A stretch of 64,000 bases of DNA, taken from positions 129,952,001 to 130,016,000 of the forward strand of contig OX597818.1 in NCBI GenBank assembly GCA_951406725.2, written 5' to 3'. A model generated the notes under the pieces. The model did not search any database. It worked only from the letters and a program-made list of their open reading frames with translations, and was not told the DNA's origin. The position numbers and the translations under genes are program-made. This DNA comes from Octopus vulgaris (Eukaryota). Positions 1 through 12,962 of this stretch are shown piece after piece. Positions within the stretch are counted from its first letter, which is position 1, and every line of letters starts with the position of its first letter.

Positions 1-420
1 TTGACTTCAGATACAATAACCTTGTTATTAATATTTCTAGACGGTTGGATGGTATTAGCTAAATTTATGTTAGTATTAGTAAATGTATCAATATTTAACA
101 GTTTGTTATTATGAGAAGATATAATTTGCAAGAGATTTTTGTGTTTGAAAAACCTATCCTAACCTTATGTGAATTGATTATAGAGTAATATCTAGAATTG
201 TTTGGAAAATTCCTAGCAATAGCTTGACGAAACAGCAGTGGGAGATTAGATTTAATTTGTCTCCCGTAAGGAAATATTAACCAAATATTTTTACTAGTAT
301 TCATAGCGTAATTACTTTTGAAGGTGTTACATTTACTTTTAGATCGATAATAGGGGATTAAATAAGGGTTATCTGCCTTCATATGACAATGGCAAGAAAT
401 TCTGTCTTCTCTGCAATTCT
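1..420 (-). mobile_element. Penelope-like retroelement (PLE) ORF remnant, region between RT thumb and GIY-YIG
   Basis: ORF 95..382(-) contains KNIWLIFPYGRQIKSNLPLLFRQAIARNFPNNSRYYSIINSHKVRIGFS. This resembles the PLE motif RNIIWFNPPYS..VKTNIG..FL..IDKHFP.NH.Y.KIFN..TVKISYS (recalled, not searched). Continues off the window edge. Confidence 0.65.
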
Positions 421-429
421 GAGCTATTT

Positions 430-1004
430 TTCATTATTTTTTCTAAAAATACTCTAGTAAACACGGTTATAGAGCGAGCATACAGATGTAAGCATTGGCA
501 AAAACATACATTTAGTGCATATAAGTAGTCTCTATCATTATATATAATTTAAACTTTAATTTCCTTTATATTTAACATTCACTATTAATACCCTACTCTT
601 TCTGTTATCTACTTATGACGTTATATCATATAATGTTTTTTTAAACAATATTAATAGCGTTCTGTCTATCGCTATACAAATCCATCATTCTTTGCTAAAA
701 TGTCTTATTCACGAGTTTCGTTTTTTTCACTTTCCCGAGGAGAAAATTGCATTGTTTATACCATTTATTCTTTTGAATATTATCAGTGGAATTTTCGAAA
801 CATGTGTCGAAAGTAAAAATATTTGATTACACCTGCGTTAACTTCATTTTTTATTCATATTATTCAAAATATTCAACGTAAACACGAAGTTTCTACCTTT
901 ATAAACAAGGAGTTACAACACCTTTACTTGTGAGATTTTTGCTGCCCTGGTAACTATTTATTTATTTTTTCCGTGTTAATTGTTAACAAGGTAAAAATGC
1001 ACTC

Positions 1005-1012
<8 letters not shown>
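430..1012 (+). mobile_element. PLE 3' end/pseudo-LTR, opposite in orientation to the ORF remnant
   Basis: 781-863 and ~890-1012 are near-identical to segments of 37455-37735. Contains GAAAC-ATGT-GTC (797-808), a minimal-hammerhead stem III with palindromic loop, and ends at a (TA)n tract. Confidence 0.55.
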
Positions 1013-1081
<69 letters not shown>

Positions 1082-1288
1082 TACATATGGATATATAAAT
1101 ATATATACATATACGTATATAAAATATATATATATATATATTCACATATTCACATATACATATGTATATATATTCATATACACACACACACATATATATA
1201 TATACATACACACACGGATATATGCAAATATATATATATCCGTATACATATATATACATATATTCATATATATATATATATACATATA

Positions 1289-1347
<59 letters not shown>

Positions 1348-1351
<4 letters not shown>

Positions 1352-1520
1352 GAGAATTCACAAAAACAAAAACGAAGGACAGGTGGTGTAGACAATGAAC
1401 AGATGTATTAGTTTAATGCTTGGGAAGTGAAAATTTTTTTAACATTTTAAGCCTATGCTCTTCCACAGAAAGGAGCACAGAAAGAAACAAAGAGAGAAAA
1501 TAAAGAATGTGTAGTGATAT
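1348..1520 (-). mobile_element. Short TA-inserted element with decayed hammerhead-like core (copy 1)
   Basis: Homologous to 2068-2240. Minus strand reads CTGTGGA-AGAGC-ATAG-GCTT-AAAAT (1441-1468). Confidence 0.5.
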
Positions 1521-1576
1521 GAATGTATATATATATATATATGTTTTCATATAAACCTATATATATTCATATATAT

Positions 1577-1907
1577 AGGCATGGGTGTGTTGTAGCAAGC
1601 TTGCTTTCAACCGCATGGTATCAGGTTCCCTCCTACTGAAAGATACATTGGGCAAGAGTCCCCTAGTATAGCGTTGGGCTTACCAAAGCCTAATGAGGGT
1701 AATTGGTGGATGGAAAATTAAAGAAGCCCATCGTGTATATATATCTATGTATGTATTTGTGTGTCTGTGTTTCTTTCCCCACCATTGCTTGCCAACTGAG
1801 AGTTGTTGTGTTTATGTCACTGTAACCTCGCAGTTTGGCAATAGAGGATTGCAAATGATAAGTCCTGGGGTCAATTTGTTCTACTAAAAGCAGTGCCCCA
1901 GTATGGT

Positions 1908-1912
<5 letters not shown>
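1577..1912 (+). mobile_element. SINE family A (tRNA-derived, octopus OR-like), diverged copy
   Basis: Head, TTGGGCAAG core, internal TA/TG tract and GCAGTGCCCCAGTATGG tail match the young copies at 31180 and 59510. Confidence 0.75.
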
Positions 1913-1982
<70 letters not shown>

Positions 1983-2067
1983 AGATTCTATTTTTATTTT
2001 ATTTCATACATATATATACATATATACATATATATATACATATATACATATATTTATATATATATGT

Positions 2068-2240
2068 AAGGAGAATTCACAAAAAAAAGATGAAGATAGG
2101 TGGTGTAACTACAAACAAATGCATTAGTTTAATGCTCGGGAAGTGCAAAAGTCTTTTATGTTTTGAGCCTACGCTCTTCCACAGAAAGGAACACAGAAAA
2201 TAAAAAGGAGAGAAAATAAAAATGTGTAGTGGTTAGCAAC
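2068..2240 (-). mobile_element. Short TA-inserted element with decayed hammerhead-like core (copy 2)
   Basis: Homologous to 1348-1520. Minus strand reads CTGTGGA-AGAGC-GTAG-GCTC-AAAAC (2156-2184). Confidence 0.5.
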
Positions 2241-2307
2241 ATATGTATATATTTATATATATACATATATATATATATTTATATATATACATCTATATAT
2301 ATATATT

Positions 2308-2357
<50 letters not shown>

Positions 2358-2434
2358 CTTATATATATATACCATAGTTGAATGTCCAACCCATGCTACC
2401 ATCTTACGTTAAACGATGATATGATGATGATATA

Positions 2435-2474
<40 letters not shown>

Positions 2475-2479
2475 CCTAC

Positions 2480-2517
<38 letters not shown>

Positions 2518-2876
2518 TATACATATATATATAAATGGTAAACATAGGATAATTCATTCACCTATCGACATATATATATATGTGTGTATGTGTATATATA
2601 TGTATATATATAATATATATATGAATGTATATAAATGAATATATATAAGTGTATAATTGAATATATGCATATATATCAATTATATATATATATATATATA
2701 TTCAATTATATATATATTCATTTATATACATTCATATATATATATATATATATATATACACACGTACACACACATTATATATGTGCATATATATATGTAT
2801 ATGCATGTCATATATGTATATGTATATATATATATATATGAGTGTGTATATATTTCTATACAGGAATATATACATA

Positions 2877-2935
<59 letters not shown>

Positions 2936-3818
2936 GAATTTATATACATGAATATATATATATACACACATGAATATATAATTATATACATGTATATATA
3001 TGATAATATATATATATATATCATCATCATCATCATCATCATCATTTAGCGTCCGCTTTCCATGCTCCAGACAGAGCTGGCAAACGGCCACGAACGGATG
3101 GTGCTTTTACGTGTCACCGTATATATATATATATTAATATATATATATATTAATATATACATGAATATATAATCAACCAATAAGAGTGAGAAAATTGGGT
3201 ACTAATTTAACAGCACATCCACTCTCTTATATATGTATATGAATATATACATATATATATACATGCATATATCTACATGAAAAAATATATATGTATATAT
3301 GTATATATATATATATACATGAATAAATTTGTACACATGATATATATCTACATGAATAAATTTGTATACATGAATATATATATATATTTATATTATATAG
3401 AGGGTACAATTATTCATAGGTACCGCATGCTAGGAGGGACCATTGCAGTCAAAACTACTAAAATAAACAAATTTTACCGAATGCAAAACTTCAAAGCAAG
3501 TCATTTAAAAACAGAATTTAGTTACATATCACCTGTGATTTCGCAATCAATGTGGAATATGCATTCTATGCCCTCAGTGCAACAAACTCAAGCCATGTAA
3601 GAAAAAACACAAGATAGCATACCCGACAGCCAACCGTAGAATTCGTCGTAGCATGTACGAATGTTTATCTTTACATATCTATGAAAATGGCAGGCTTATT
3701 CGCAATGCATTTCGGTAACAATTTGCCTATTCGGAACAAAAATTCACTATTGAACTATTCCGGTGAAAAATATAAATTTAAAATTTTAAATTTAAAATTT
3801 ATATATATATACATATAC

Positions 3819-3879
<61 letters not shown>

Positions 3880-4455
3880 CCATAAAATTAATTGCAGAAC
3901 TTGAGGCACCGAAGCTACAAGAAGATAGCCTCTATGCAGCATATAAGTTACTAAGAAATACTCAAGAGATTAAGACTATTTCTTAGTGCATAGGAGAGAA
4001 AGATATGCCAAAATATACATCCTCAATGTCCTGGAGGGACATGTCCCAAACTTCGGCATTATGAGTTACACAATTACTAGAACAGGGTACCACAACATAG
4101 TACCAAGGACTCCAAATTTGCCATCAAGATATAGGACAAGATACTGCAAGAGCCTGGGCTTCAGGGGACCACATCTCTTCATTATCTTCCCAAAGGACCT
4201 GAGAGATCTGCATCGGGTGGATGTAGGTGGCTTCAAAATGAAACCTGACCGATTACTGTCAAGTGTCCCAGATGAACCAACTTCACAGCAGGAGGTGCAG
4301 ATGAGGGCAGCAGCATCAAACTCCCTTATGTACCAAATGTCAATTCCTAAAAAGAATTAGTGAAGTAAAATTATGTAGCAACACCAAGTGGCAGTGCCCC
4401 AGCGTGGCCACAGGTCATGAGCTGCAACTAGATGAAATCAGAATAGAAAAAAAAA
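3880..4455 (+). mobile_element. 5'-truncated LINE 3' end (CR1/L2-group-like ORF2 C-terminus, 3' UTR and A-rich tail)
   Basis: ORF 3986..4360 has RRERYAKIYILNVLEG.VPN and GPHLF..FPK.LR...FK...DRLL..VPDEP, typical of LINE ORF2 C-termini. The tail GGCAGTGCCCCAGCGTGGCCACAG is shared with SINE family A. Followed by an A-run. Confidence 0.8.
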
Positions 4456-4496
4456 ATATATATATATATACACATATATAAATGAATATATATATA

Positions 4497-4539
<43 letters not shown>

Positions 4540-4555
4540 TATATATAAATATATA

Positions 4556-4603
<48 letters not shown>

Positions 4604-4764
4604 TGTATATGTATAAGTATATATATATATATATATATTCATATGTATATATACATATATATGTATATATTCATATATACATATTCATATATATATTAAT
4701 ATATATACGATATATTCATATATACATATATCATATATATATATAATATATATACGAATATATA

Positions 4765-4799
<35 letters not shown>

Positions 4800-4865
4800 G
4801 AATATATATATATACTATATATATATATATATATGATATATATATATATACATATATATATTATA

Positions 4866-4978
<113 letters not shown>

Positions 4979-5515
4979 TTCATATGTATATTTATATACA
5001 GTTATATATATATATATGTGTGTATGCATGTACATACACATCTAACAAGATTTAAAATTAAGAAAGGGAGAGAGAAAGGGAGAGTGAGAAATATTTTAGA
5101 AAATATTAGATGAAAATGAAACGTGGAGAAAATTATAGGAGAAGGAAGGCAGTCTAAAAAAGAAATATAAAATTTAAATTATAAAAATGAACAAACCTAA
5201 ATGAATAGTTATATTTTAAACAAATATTTCAAGGCACTGAAATATTTGGAAAGGGAAAACTTTGAATTATGTGACCCAACTTTTTGACAGTTGAGACAAA
5301 GTAAACTTGCATGGATGCATGAAAATTTCCACATGCACACATAGTCTTACAACCACACACACACACACGTGCATGCACACACACACATACACACACACAC
5401 ATCCAGACTTAGACATGCATACAAGTACACTATCCTATTCATATCTCACAATTAGTCAGCAAGCTGTCTGACAGCAGCAACTACCTCCTTTGAAATTAGC
5501 TAAACCTTGTCTGTT

Positions 5516-5692
5516 AGTTACTGCAGTTACTGCTATGTAGCATATAAAGTACATGCGAGAGTACGACTGCCGACAAATTTTGAAACTGACCTACAGAATT
5601 TTTGTTTCTAGTGTGTTTGCGCGAGACATGAACGTCGCAAAATTTTATACCTACTGCTTCTATAAATAAAATTAATTTTATAAGCCTGTGAT
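5516..5692 (+). other. Candidate first (non-coding) exon/TSS of a large host gene
   Basis: Unique island with several CpGs; Inr-like TTAGTT at 5514-5519; canonical donor GAT|GTAAGT at 5693; only a short uORF (MNVAKFYTYCFYK). Confidence 0.4.
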
Positions 5693-6057
5693 GTAAGTAA
5701 TTTAAATTATTGCACTTATAAAGCTTTACTCGATATTTAGAAGTCTGTAATAAATACAGGTGAACTGACCCAAAGAAATATTTGTCAGACATAACTCAGC
5801 TGGCACAACTAATGCATGGTACTTATTTTAACTAGATACAAGTAAATTTTATTAGGAAAACAGTTAAGTTCCTGGAAGAAAGAGTACCTATATATTGAAC
5901 TTATTTTATTAACTCTTCTTTGGGACAAAAGTTAATATAAGCGTTGCCTGCATTTGAAATTAGAAAGAACAAATTGTCACTGAGATAGAAATTATATAAC
6001 TACTCTCCCTATCTGAACGTTTGGAAAAATAATATTAATAACAATAATAATAATAAT

Positions 6058-6190
6058 ACTTTTTACTATAGGCACAAGGCCTGAAATATTTGGGGTGGGG
6101 GCCAGTTGATTACATCGATCTCAGTGCATAACTGGCACTGATATCATCAACACTGGAAGGCTGAAAGGCAAAGTCAACCTTGGTGGAATC
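6058..6190 (-). mobile_element. SINE family B, old partial copy with (AAT)n tail
   Basis: GAAAGGCAAAGTCAACCTTGGTGGAAT matches the family B core. More decayed copies lie at ~7050-7620. Confidence 0.7.
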
Positions 6191-6963
6191 GCAATGATAA
6201 TAATAATAATGATCATTTCTTTAATTTTTAAATAAGGATTTACAATAATTACTGTTTTGAAATTCTAGCTCTGTTTTAAGGGATATTGTATGGAAGTTTC
6301 TTAAGCATATTTAAGCGCTAAATGACCAATATAATTAAAATTAAATAGATACAATTCGGAATTGGTAGCGGGCTGAGAACTTGGACCTATTACTTTTTGT
6401 TGATAATCTATTCTTTATTCCATGAAAGTGGACAATGGTTTTTAAAATAATACAGTTATCCCTACAATTGTATTTTTATATTTATAAAATAACAGCAATA
6501 AAAATTAAATGTGTATAAATAGAAATATACATAAGAGAACTTAAATATAAATATACATAAGAGATCCTATTACAATTCTTAACACTTCATACTATTTATA
6601 TGTAAACTAATAGATAAATTCTTTAAAAACTTTTGGTATTATTTTCTAAGAACCTGAATAAACAACAAATGAAGGGTGACAAGATTATTTAATAAGGAAA
6701 TTTTATAAAAGTATTTATTTATGAAAAACTGTTCTATTAGATTTATTTAAAAAATTATTTTGTTAAATTTACATCGAAAATTATAATTATTACTATTCAA
6801 AGGAACTGTTAAATAAAAGTATTTAACGCATTTCGTGAAATTTATGCACTTATATCTATATAACTTTCATACTTCTTGTGGTTACAAAATAAATAGTAGA
6901 ATCATAGTGAGGGCTCTTAGTTAGACCTCTACCATATGAATTTGAGGCCTTGCACTGATGATG

Positions 6964-7031
<68 letters not shown>

Positions 7032-7944
7032 AAGAAGAAGAAGAAGAAGAACTAAAAGATAAAGTTGAGTGTTGAACAAAATACCCTATTAAATTTAGTT
7101 ATGTCCCTTTATATTCTAAGTTTATACTTGCTATTTGCCAGAGTGGAATTTATCCCTTATGCATCTAGGATCAATAAATTAAAAACTAGTCAAATACTGA
7201 GGTCGATATAATCAACTATATCCTATACCAGTCTCTAAAAAATTTGTGGTATTATTTCAAGTTTAGAAACCATTAGTGCTGTTAGCAATAGATGCCAGAA
7301 TCAGTTGGAAGGCAGGTACAATGCCTTAAAGTAATTAAGTTACGTCCCTTTATGTTCCAAATTTAAAATCCACTGGATCTCACTTTGTCCTTGATGCTTA
7401 ATACCAGTTAAGTACTGAGGCTGATAAAAGTGACTGTACATGCCCTACAAGGTGTGTAATCATGTACCAATGATTATCATGATTTCTGATTAGATATGCC
7501 AGGTGTTTTATATTATAAACTTCCAGTACATTAGTGATTGGAGTTCAATTTACATGAAGGTCGACTTTTCCTTTCATTCAATTCAGGTTAGGTTTATTAA
7601 ATAGAATACGTAATTCAATGAATAGCATAGAAATAACTTAAAGAAATTAACCTTATACCTGCTTAGTCAACAAAAACAATAAACATAAATAATCAACTAA
7701 AAAAATTTTAAATCTGTGATATTCATATACCACAGATTGTACTGGTTATATCAATAACTACAGATATATATGGATAAATATATATGTGTGTATATATATT
7801 TAGGTATAATTACATTAGAATAAACAGGTTTTCATATATGCACTATATATATATATATGTATATGTATATATATATATAAATATGTGTGTATACACACAC
7901 ACACACATACACACATGCAATCATTAATATATATGCATATGTGC

Positions 7945-7974
<30 letters not shown>

Positions 7975-7976
<2 letters not shown>

Positions 7977-8385
7977 CCTTTATCTTTTATTTGTCTCAAT
8001 CATTGGATTGCAACCATGCTAAGGCACTGCCTTAAATGGCTTGATCAAATGAATTCACACCAGTATGTAATTTTTTATATATCCTATCGGTCTCTTTTAA
8101 TGAACCACTAAGTTAGAGGGACATAAGCAAACTAATGCTGGTTGTCAAGATCTAAAGTGGTGGGAGAGGCAATTAGCACAAAGGCACACACATACATATC
8201 CACACATACACATGCACAAACTCGATGCATACATACATGTAGAATAGGCTTCTACGTAGTTTCCAACTTGTAAATTCACTCACAAGTTATTGTTTCGCCT
8301 GGAGCTACAGAAGAAAACACTTCCCCAAGGTGCTACACAGAGGGAATGAACTTAAAACCATGTTGGAGGGAATCAAACTCCTTAA
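7975..8385 (-). mobile_element. SINE family A, diverged
   Basis: Matches family A along its length (CCATGCT..GCACTGCC; ACACTTCCCCAAGGTGC). Confidence 0.7.
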
Positions 8386-8389
8386 CTAC

Positions 8390-8424
<35 letters not shown>

Positions 8425-8582
8425 AGAGAAAAAGGGAGACTTACACATATGCAAATATGTATATAAGTATGTATGTGTGCATATCTTTGTGTGTGTGCAT
8501 ATATATATACATATATATATGTATATGTATGTATATGTATATATATATACATATATATGTATATATATATGTGTATACATAT

Positions 8583-8625
<43 letters not shown>

Positions 8626-8977
8626 TATATGTATATATATGTGTATACATATACATACATGTATATATATATATATATATATGTATACACAGGTTTACAT
8701 ATATATGCATGTATATATGTAAGCACAGGTGTATATATAAATGTATGTATATATATATACACACAGAGGTAAATAGGTATATATATGTGTATATATACAC
8801 ACATATATGTGCATACATATATTGATACATTTATAAATGTGTGTGTATATATATATGTACAAATATATATAGATATATAAGGACTAAGCATATATATATG
8901 TATATAAGTATATATAAGAAAGTGTTTACATATGTGCCTGTATTTATCTATCTGTCTGTCTATCTACCTATCTAATG

Positions 8978-9021
<44 letters not shown>

Positions 9022-9542
9022 ATATGTATGTATGTATGTATGTATGTATAAATATGAGCATGATGTTGGCCATCATCATCATTTCAATGTCCACTTTCTC
9101 ATGCTTGTATGGTTTGATGGCTCAGATTGAATTGAGGCTGATTTGTTATGTTTGAATACTGTACCTGTTGCCTGCATCCAAGTAAGCTAATATTCCTTAT
9201 TGTAAACTTTTTGGTGCAAGATTTAAAGCAAAGGTAACTGGTTGTGTGACAATGACAGGGACGCTTTTTATAGCTATTATATGTGTATCAAATCCACTCA
9301 GAAAACTTTGGTTGACTTAGGCATATAGTGGGAGACACTAGCCCAAGGTACCATGCAGTGTGGCTGAAGCTGACACCATGTGGTTCAGCACCTACACACA
9401 CACATGAATATATGTGTGTATATATATATATATATATAGAAATTGAATAAAATCTTTGTTCAACTCTATTTATTTACTTATATATGTGTATATATATATA
9501 GAGAGAAATTGAATAAAATCTTTGTTCAACTCTATTTATTTA

Positions 9543-9583
<41 letters not shown>

Positions 9584-10329
9584 CTGCTGTTGGTCCAGTA
9601 ATAATTATGTAAATACTGTGGATGACACCAGGTATCCATAGGCAGTGAATGTACTTCACTAGGCAACTAATAGGAACACATGCAATACTTAAATAATTGC
9701 CTACATACATATCTACATATATGTATATATACATATATATATATGTATATATGCACATATATATACATATATATACAAATATGTCTGTATATATATATAT
9801 ATGCATATATACATAAACATATACACACACATTTAATGTTTTATGAACTAATTCTTTATTTTCCTCAGAAGATATTAAAAAATACAGGCAATATAAAGTT
9901 TGTTTATTTATTATAAGTGAAAAGCTCTATCATAAACCAAGCAATTCCTGATCATATTTCTTATGAGAATTGTCTGCTTATATACTTAAATAAACAAGAA
10001 TTTACATATAGAGAGAAAATATTTATTTTACTTATTCATTTGAAGAAAGGACAAACTTTTAAGTAGAGAAATTTCACATTAGCATTATAATGACATTTCT
10101 AATTCAGATTTTAATTTAGACACAAATGCTTAAATACAGGTAGTTATAAGTACATTCCTAAGGTGGGACCAGAGTTAATCTTGGGTAATTTGTTAAAGAA
10201 ATCATTGAAAATGAAATATTAATTCCTCAAGCTTTTCCTTCTAAATTTTTTATGTAGTTAGTATTTATAATGAAAACAATAAAAAACATAACAGTAGTAG
10301 CATCAACAACAGTAGTAGTAGTAGTAGTA

Positions 10330-11695
10330 GATCTTTTTACTAGAGGCATAAGGTCTGAAATTATGAGGGAGAGTTGGTCAATTACAAAGGCCTCAATGCT
10401 CAACTGGTATTTATTTTATGAACCCTGAAATGTTGAAAGGTAAAACTGACCTTGGTAGAATTTTTTACCTTTCATTCTTTCGGTATTGATAAAATAAATA
10501 TCAGTTGAGCAAACAAATATGATGACTTTGATCGGTAGGCATAACAATGTCATAGGTGTAGCAACTACTAAAACTATCTACTTTTGTCACTGGCCAGATA
10601 TATCTTCTTTATAAATAATGCTAACAATAATGATTCCTTTCATCTGCCACAGGGTGATCAGATGAGGAAGAAGATGATGATAATAATAATTGATGATGAT
10701 GATGATGATAGTAATAATAATAATAATAATAATGATGATGATGATGATGATGATGATGATAAATTTTGGCTCAAGGCCAGAAAATTTCAGGACAGGAGCA
10801 AGCTGAAGGTATCAGCCCCTATGTGCAACAGTTACTTATTTTATACACCCTGAGAGGATGAAAGGCAAAGTTGGCCTTAGTGGCACTGGAACCAGAAGAA
10901 ATGTTGTTAGGCACTTTGGAGAACTAATGATTCTGCAGCACATCGCTTTAATGATATTAATAAAAATGGCTTCAAATTTCGGCACAAGGCCAGCAAGTTT
11001 CGGAGAGAGGGTAAGTTGATTGCACCAACCCAGTGCTCAACTGGTACTTACTTCATCAAACCTGAAAGTATGAAAGGCAATGTTGACCTTGACGGAGTTT
11101 AGAACTTAGAATGTTTAAGACATGAAATGCTGTTGTGCATTTTGCTCAGCATGCTAACCACTCTACCAGCTCAATGCCTTTATAATAATAATAATAATAA
11201 TAACAACAGCAGTTTCAGATTTCGGCACAAAGCCAATAATAATAATAATAATAATAATAATAATTATAATTATAATGATTATTATTGTTATTGTTATTAT
11301 TATTATTATTATTATTATTGTTATTATTATCATCATTATTATTATTGCTATTATTTTTATAACAAGAAATCTGGGAAGAGAAGTGTATTTTGATTAATCA
11401 ACTCTCATTACATGGCTGGTATATATTTTACTGCTACCCCCAAAAAATTCCAATTATACAAAAAAAAAAGCTAGCATATTAAACAATAATGAAGAATCAT
11501 TAGCATACTGGAGTAAGAGCTTAGCAGCAGTTTGTCTTTATGATTTGAGTTCAAATTCTGATGAGGTCATCTTTACCTTATATCATTTTGTGGTTGATTG
11601 ATTAAGCACTAGTTGAGCGCTGGGGTTGATGTATGCAACTATGACCCTCCCACAAAATTTCAGGTCTTGTGCCTATAGTAGAAAGGATTATCATT
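10330..11695. mobile_element. Cluster of old SINE family B copies in both orientations with (AAT)/(GAT)/(TAT) microsatellites
   Basis: Core motifs at ~10435, 10860 and 11070 (-) and ~10465 and 11545 (+). Confidence 0.7.
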
Positions 11696-11771
11696 ATTAT
11701 CACTTGTCTTTTAATACAAGCTTTTATATTTAATAGAATGGGAAATGAAAAGTTACGTGTGTTTCTTTTAG

Positions 11772-12523
11772 ATGCGAGGTTGAAACTATTTCCAATGAGG
11801 AAGTGAACCGAAGCTCAACCAAATTCAAGAATCTCTCGCTGTGTCACAGACCATCTTCAACACCTCAAACCTCCACAGCAACAATAAAATTTAATAAATT
11901 CAATATTTTGGAAAACTTGACAGCTGTTTAATAAAAGACTGTTTCCAGGAAATTTTTTTTTTAATTTTAATATTCAATATAAAAGAATTTTTCTACTCCC
12001 CAACCCCCTTCCTCCAATGAATTTTATATGAAATTCTAAAATGCAAAGAAAAAAAAAATAAATGAATAAAATAACTTTTGAATCAAATACTTATAAAAAA
12101 CAATATCTTTTAATTCATTGAAATCTTTATTTCTGACAAGATGTAGTCATACACAAACATACATACACACACAGAAATATGAATTTAAAAATAATTAAAA
12201 ATGCAACAACAACAGAAACACCACCACTACCATAACAACTACCAATAATAATAATAATAATAATAATGATCCTAACTGCTAGACAACCAAACTAAACATG
12301 GGTCCTTTTGACTTATTTTGAACATACTAGCCAATAAATGAAACAGAAGGAAGAAATACCCTCCCCTTAACTACACTGTTTTCGTTACATAATTTAAAGA
12401 TGTCGATGCCAGTCCAATCTAATTTCTTTTGCCAAAACACACTTGCTGGAATATCTGGAATCTGATGAGATGGGAGTTAGCTGAAAATGTTTCCTCCTCT
12501 CCATCGGCTAGTGGGTGGCACCT
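11772..12523 (+). other. Candidate exon (long UTR-like, possibly with start codon: MFPPLHRLVGGT.. from 12487)
   Basis: Acceptor GTGTTTCTTTTAG| at 11771; donor CCT|GTAAGT at 12524 followed by T-rich intron-like sequence; AAAATG context at 12487. No recognisable homology. Confidence 0.4.
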
Positions 12524-12765
12524 GTAAGTATGTGTTTTATCACCATCGTATGTTAATGTATCAAAATAGTGCAGGAATTCAGTGAGTGGCAAGTGGGAGT
12601 GACACTGATATTGTTGTTTCTTTTGTTATAACATTGCTTTTGAGTTTTCTGTTTTGTTTTCTTTTAAAATTTGCTGTATATGTATATATATATATAGTTG
12701 TGTATATGTGTTTATATACATAGAAATATACGTATGGGTTCTAACACACACACACACATACACTT

Positions 12766-12796
12766 ATAGATAGATAAATAGATGGATAGATAGATG

Positions 12797-12853
<57 letters not shown>

Positions 12854-12865
12854 TTAGATAGATAT

Positions 12866-12944
<79 letters not shown>

Positions 12945-12962
12945 GATAGATAGATAGATAGA
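12766..12962. repeat. (GATA)n tetranucleotide microsatellite
   Basis: Directly visible. Confidence 0.97.
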
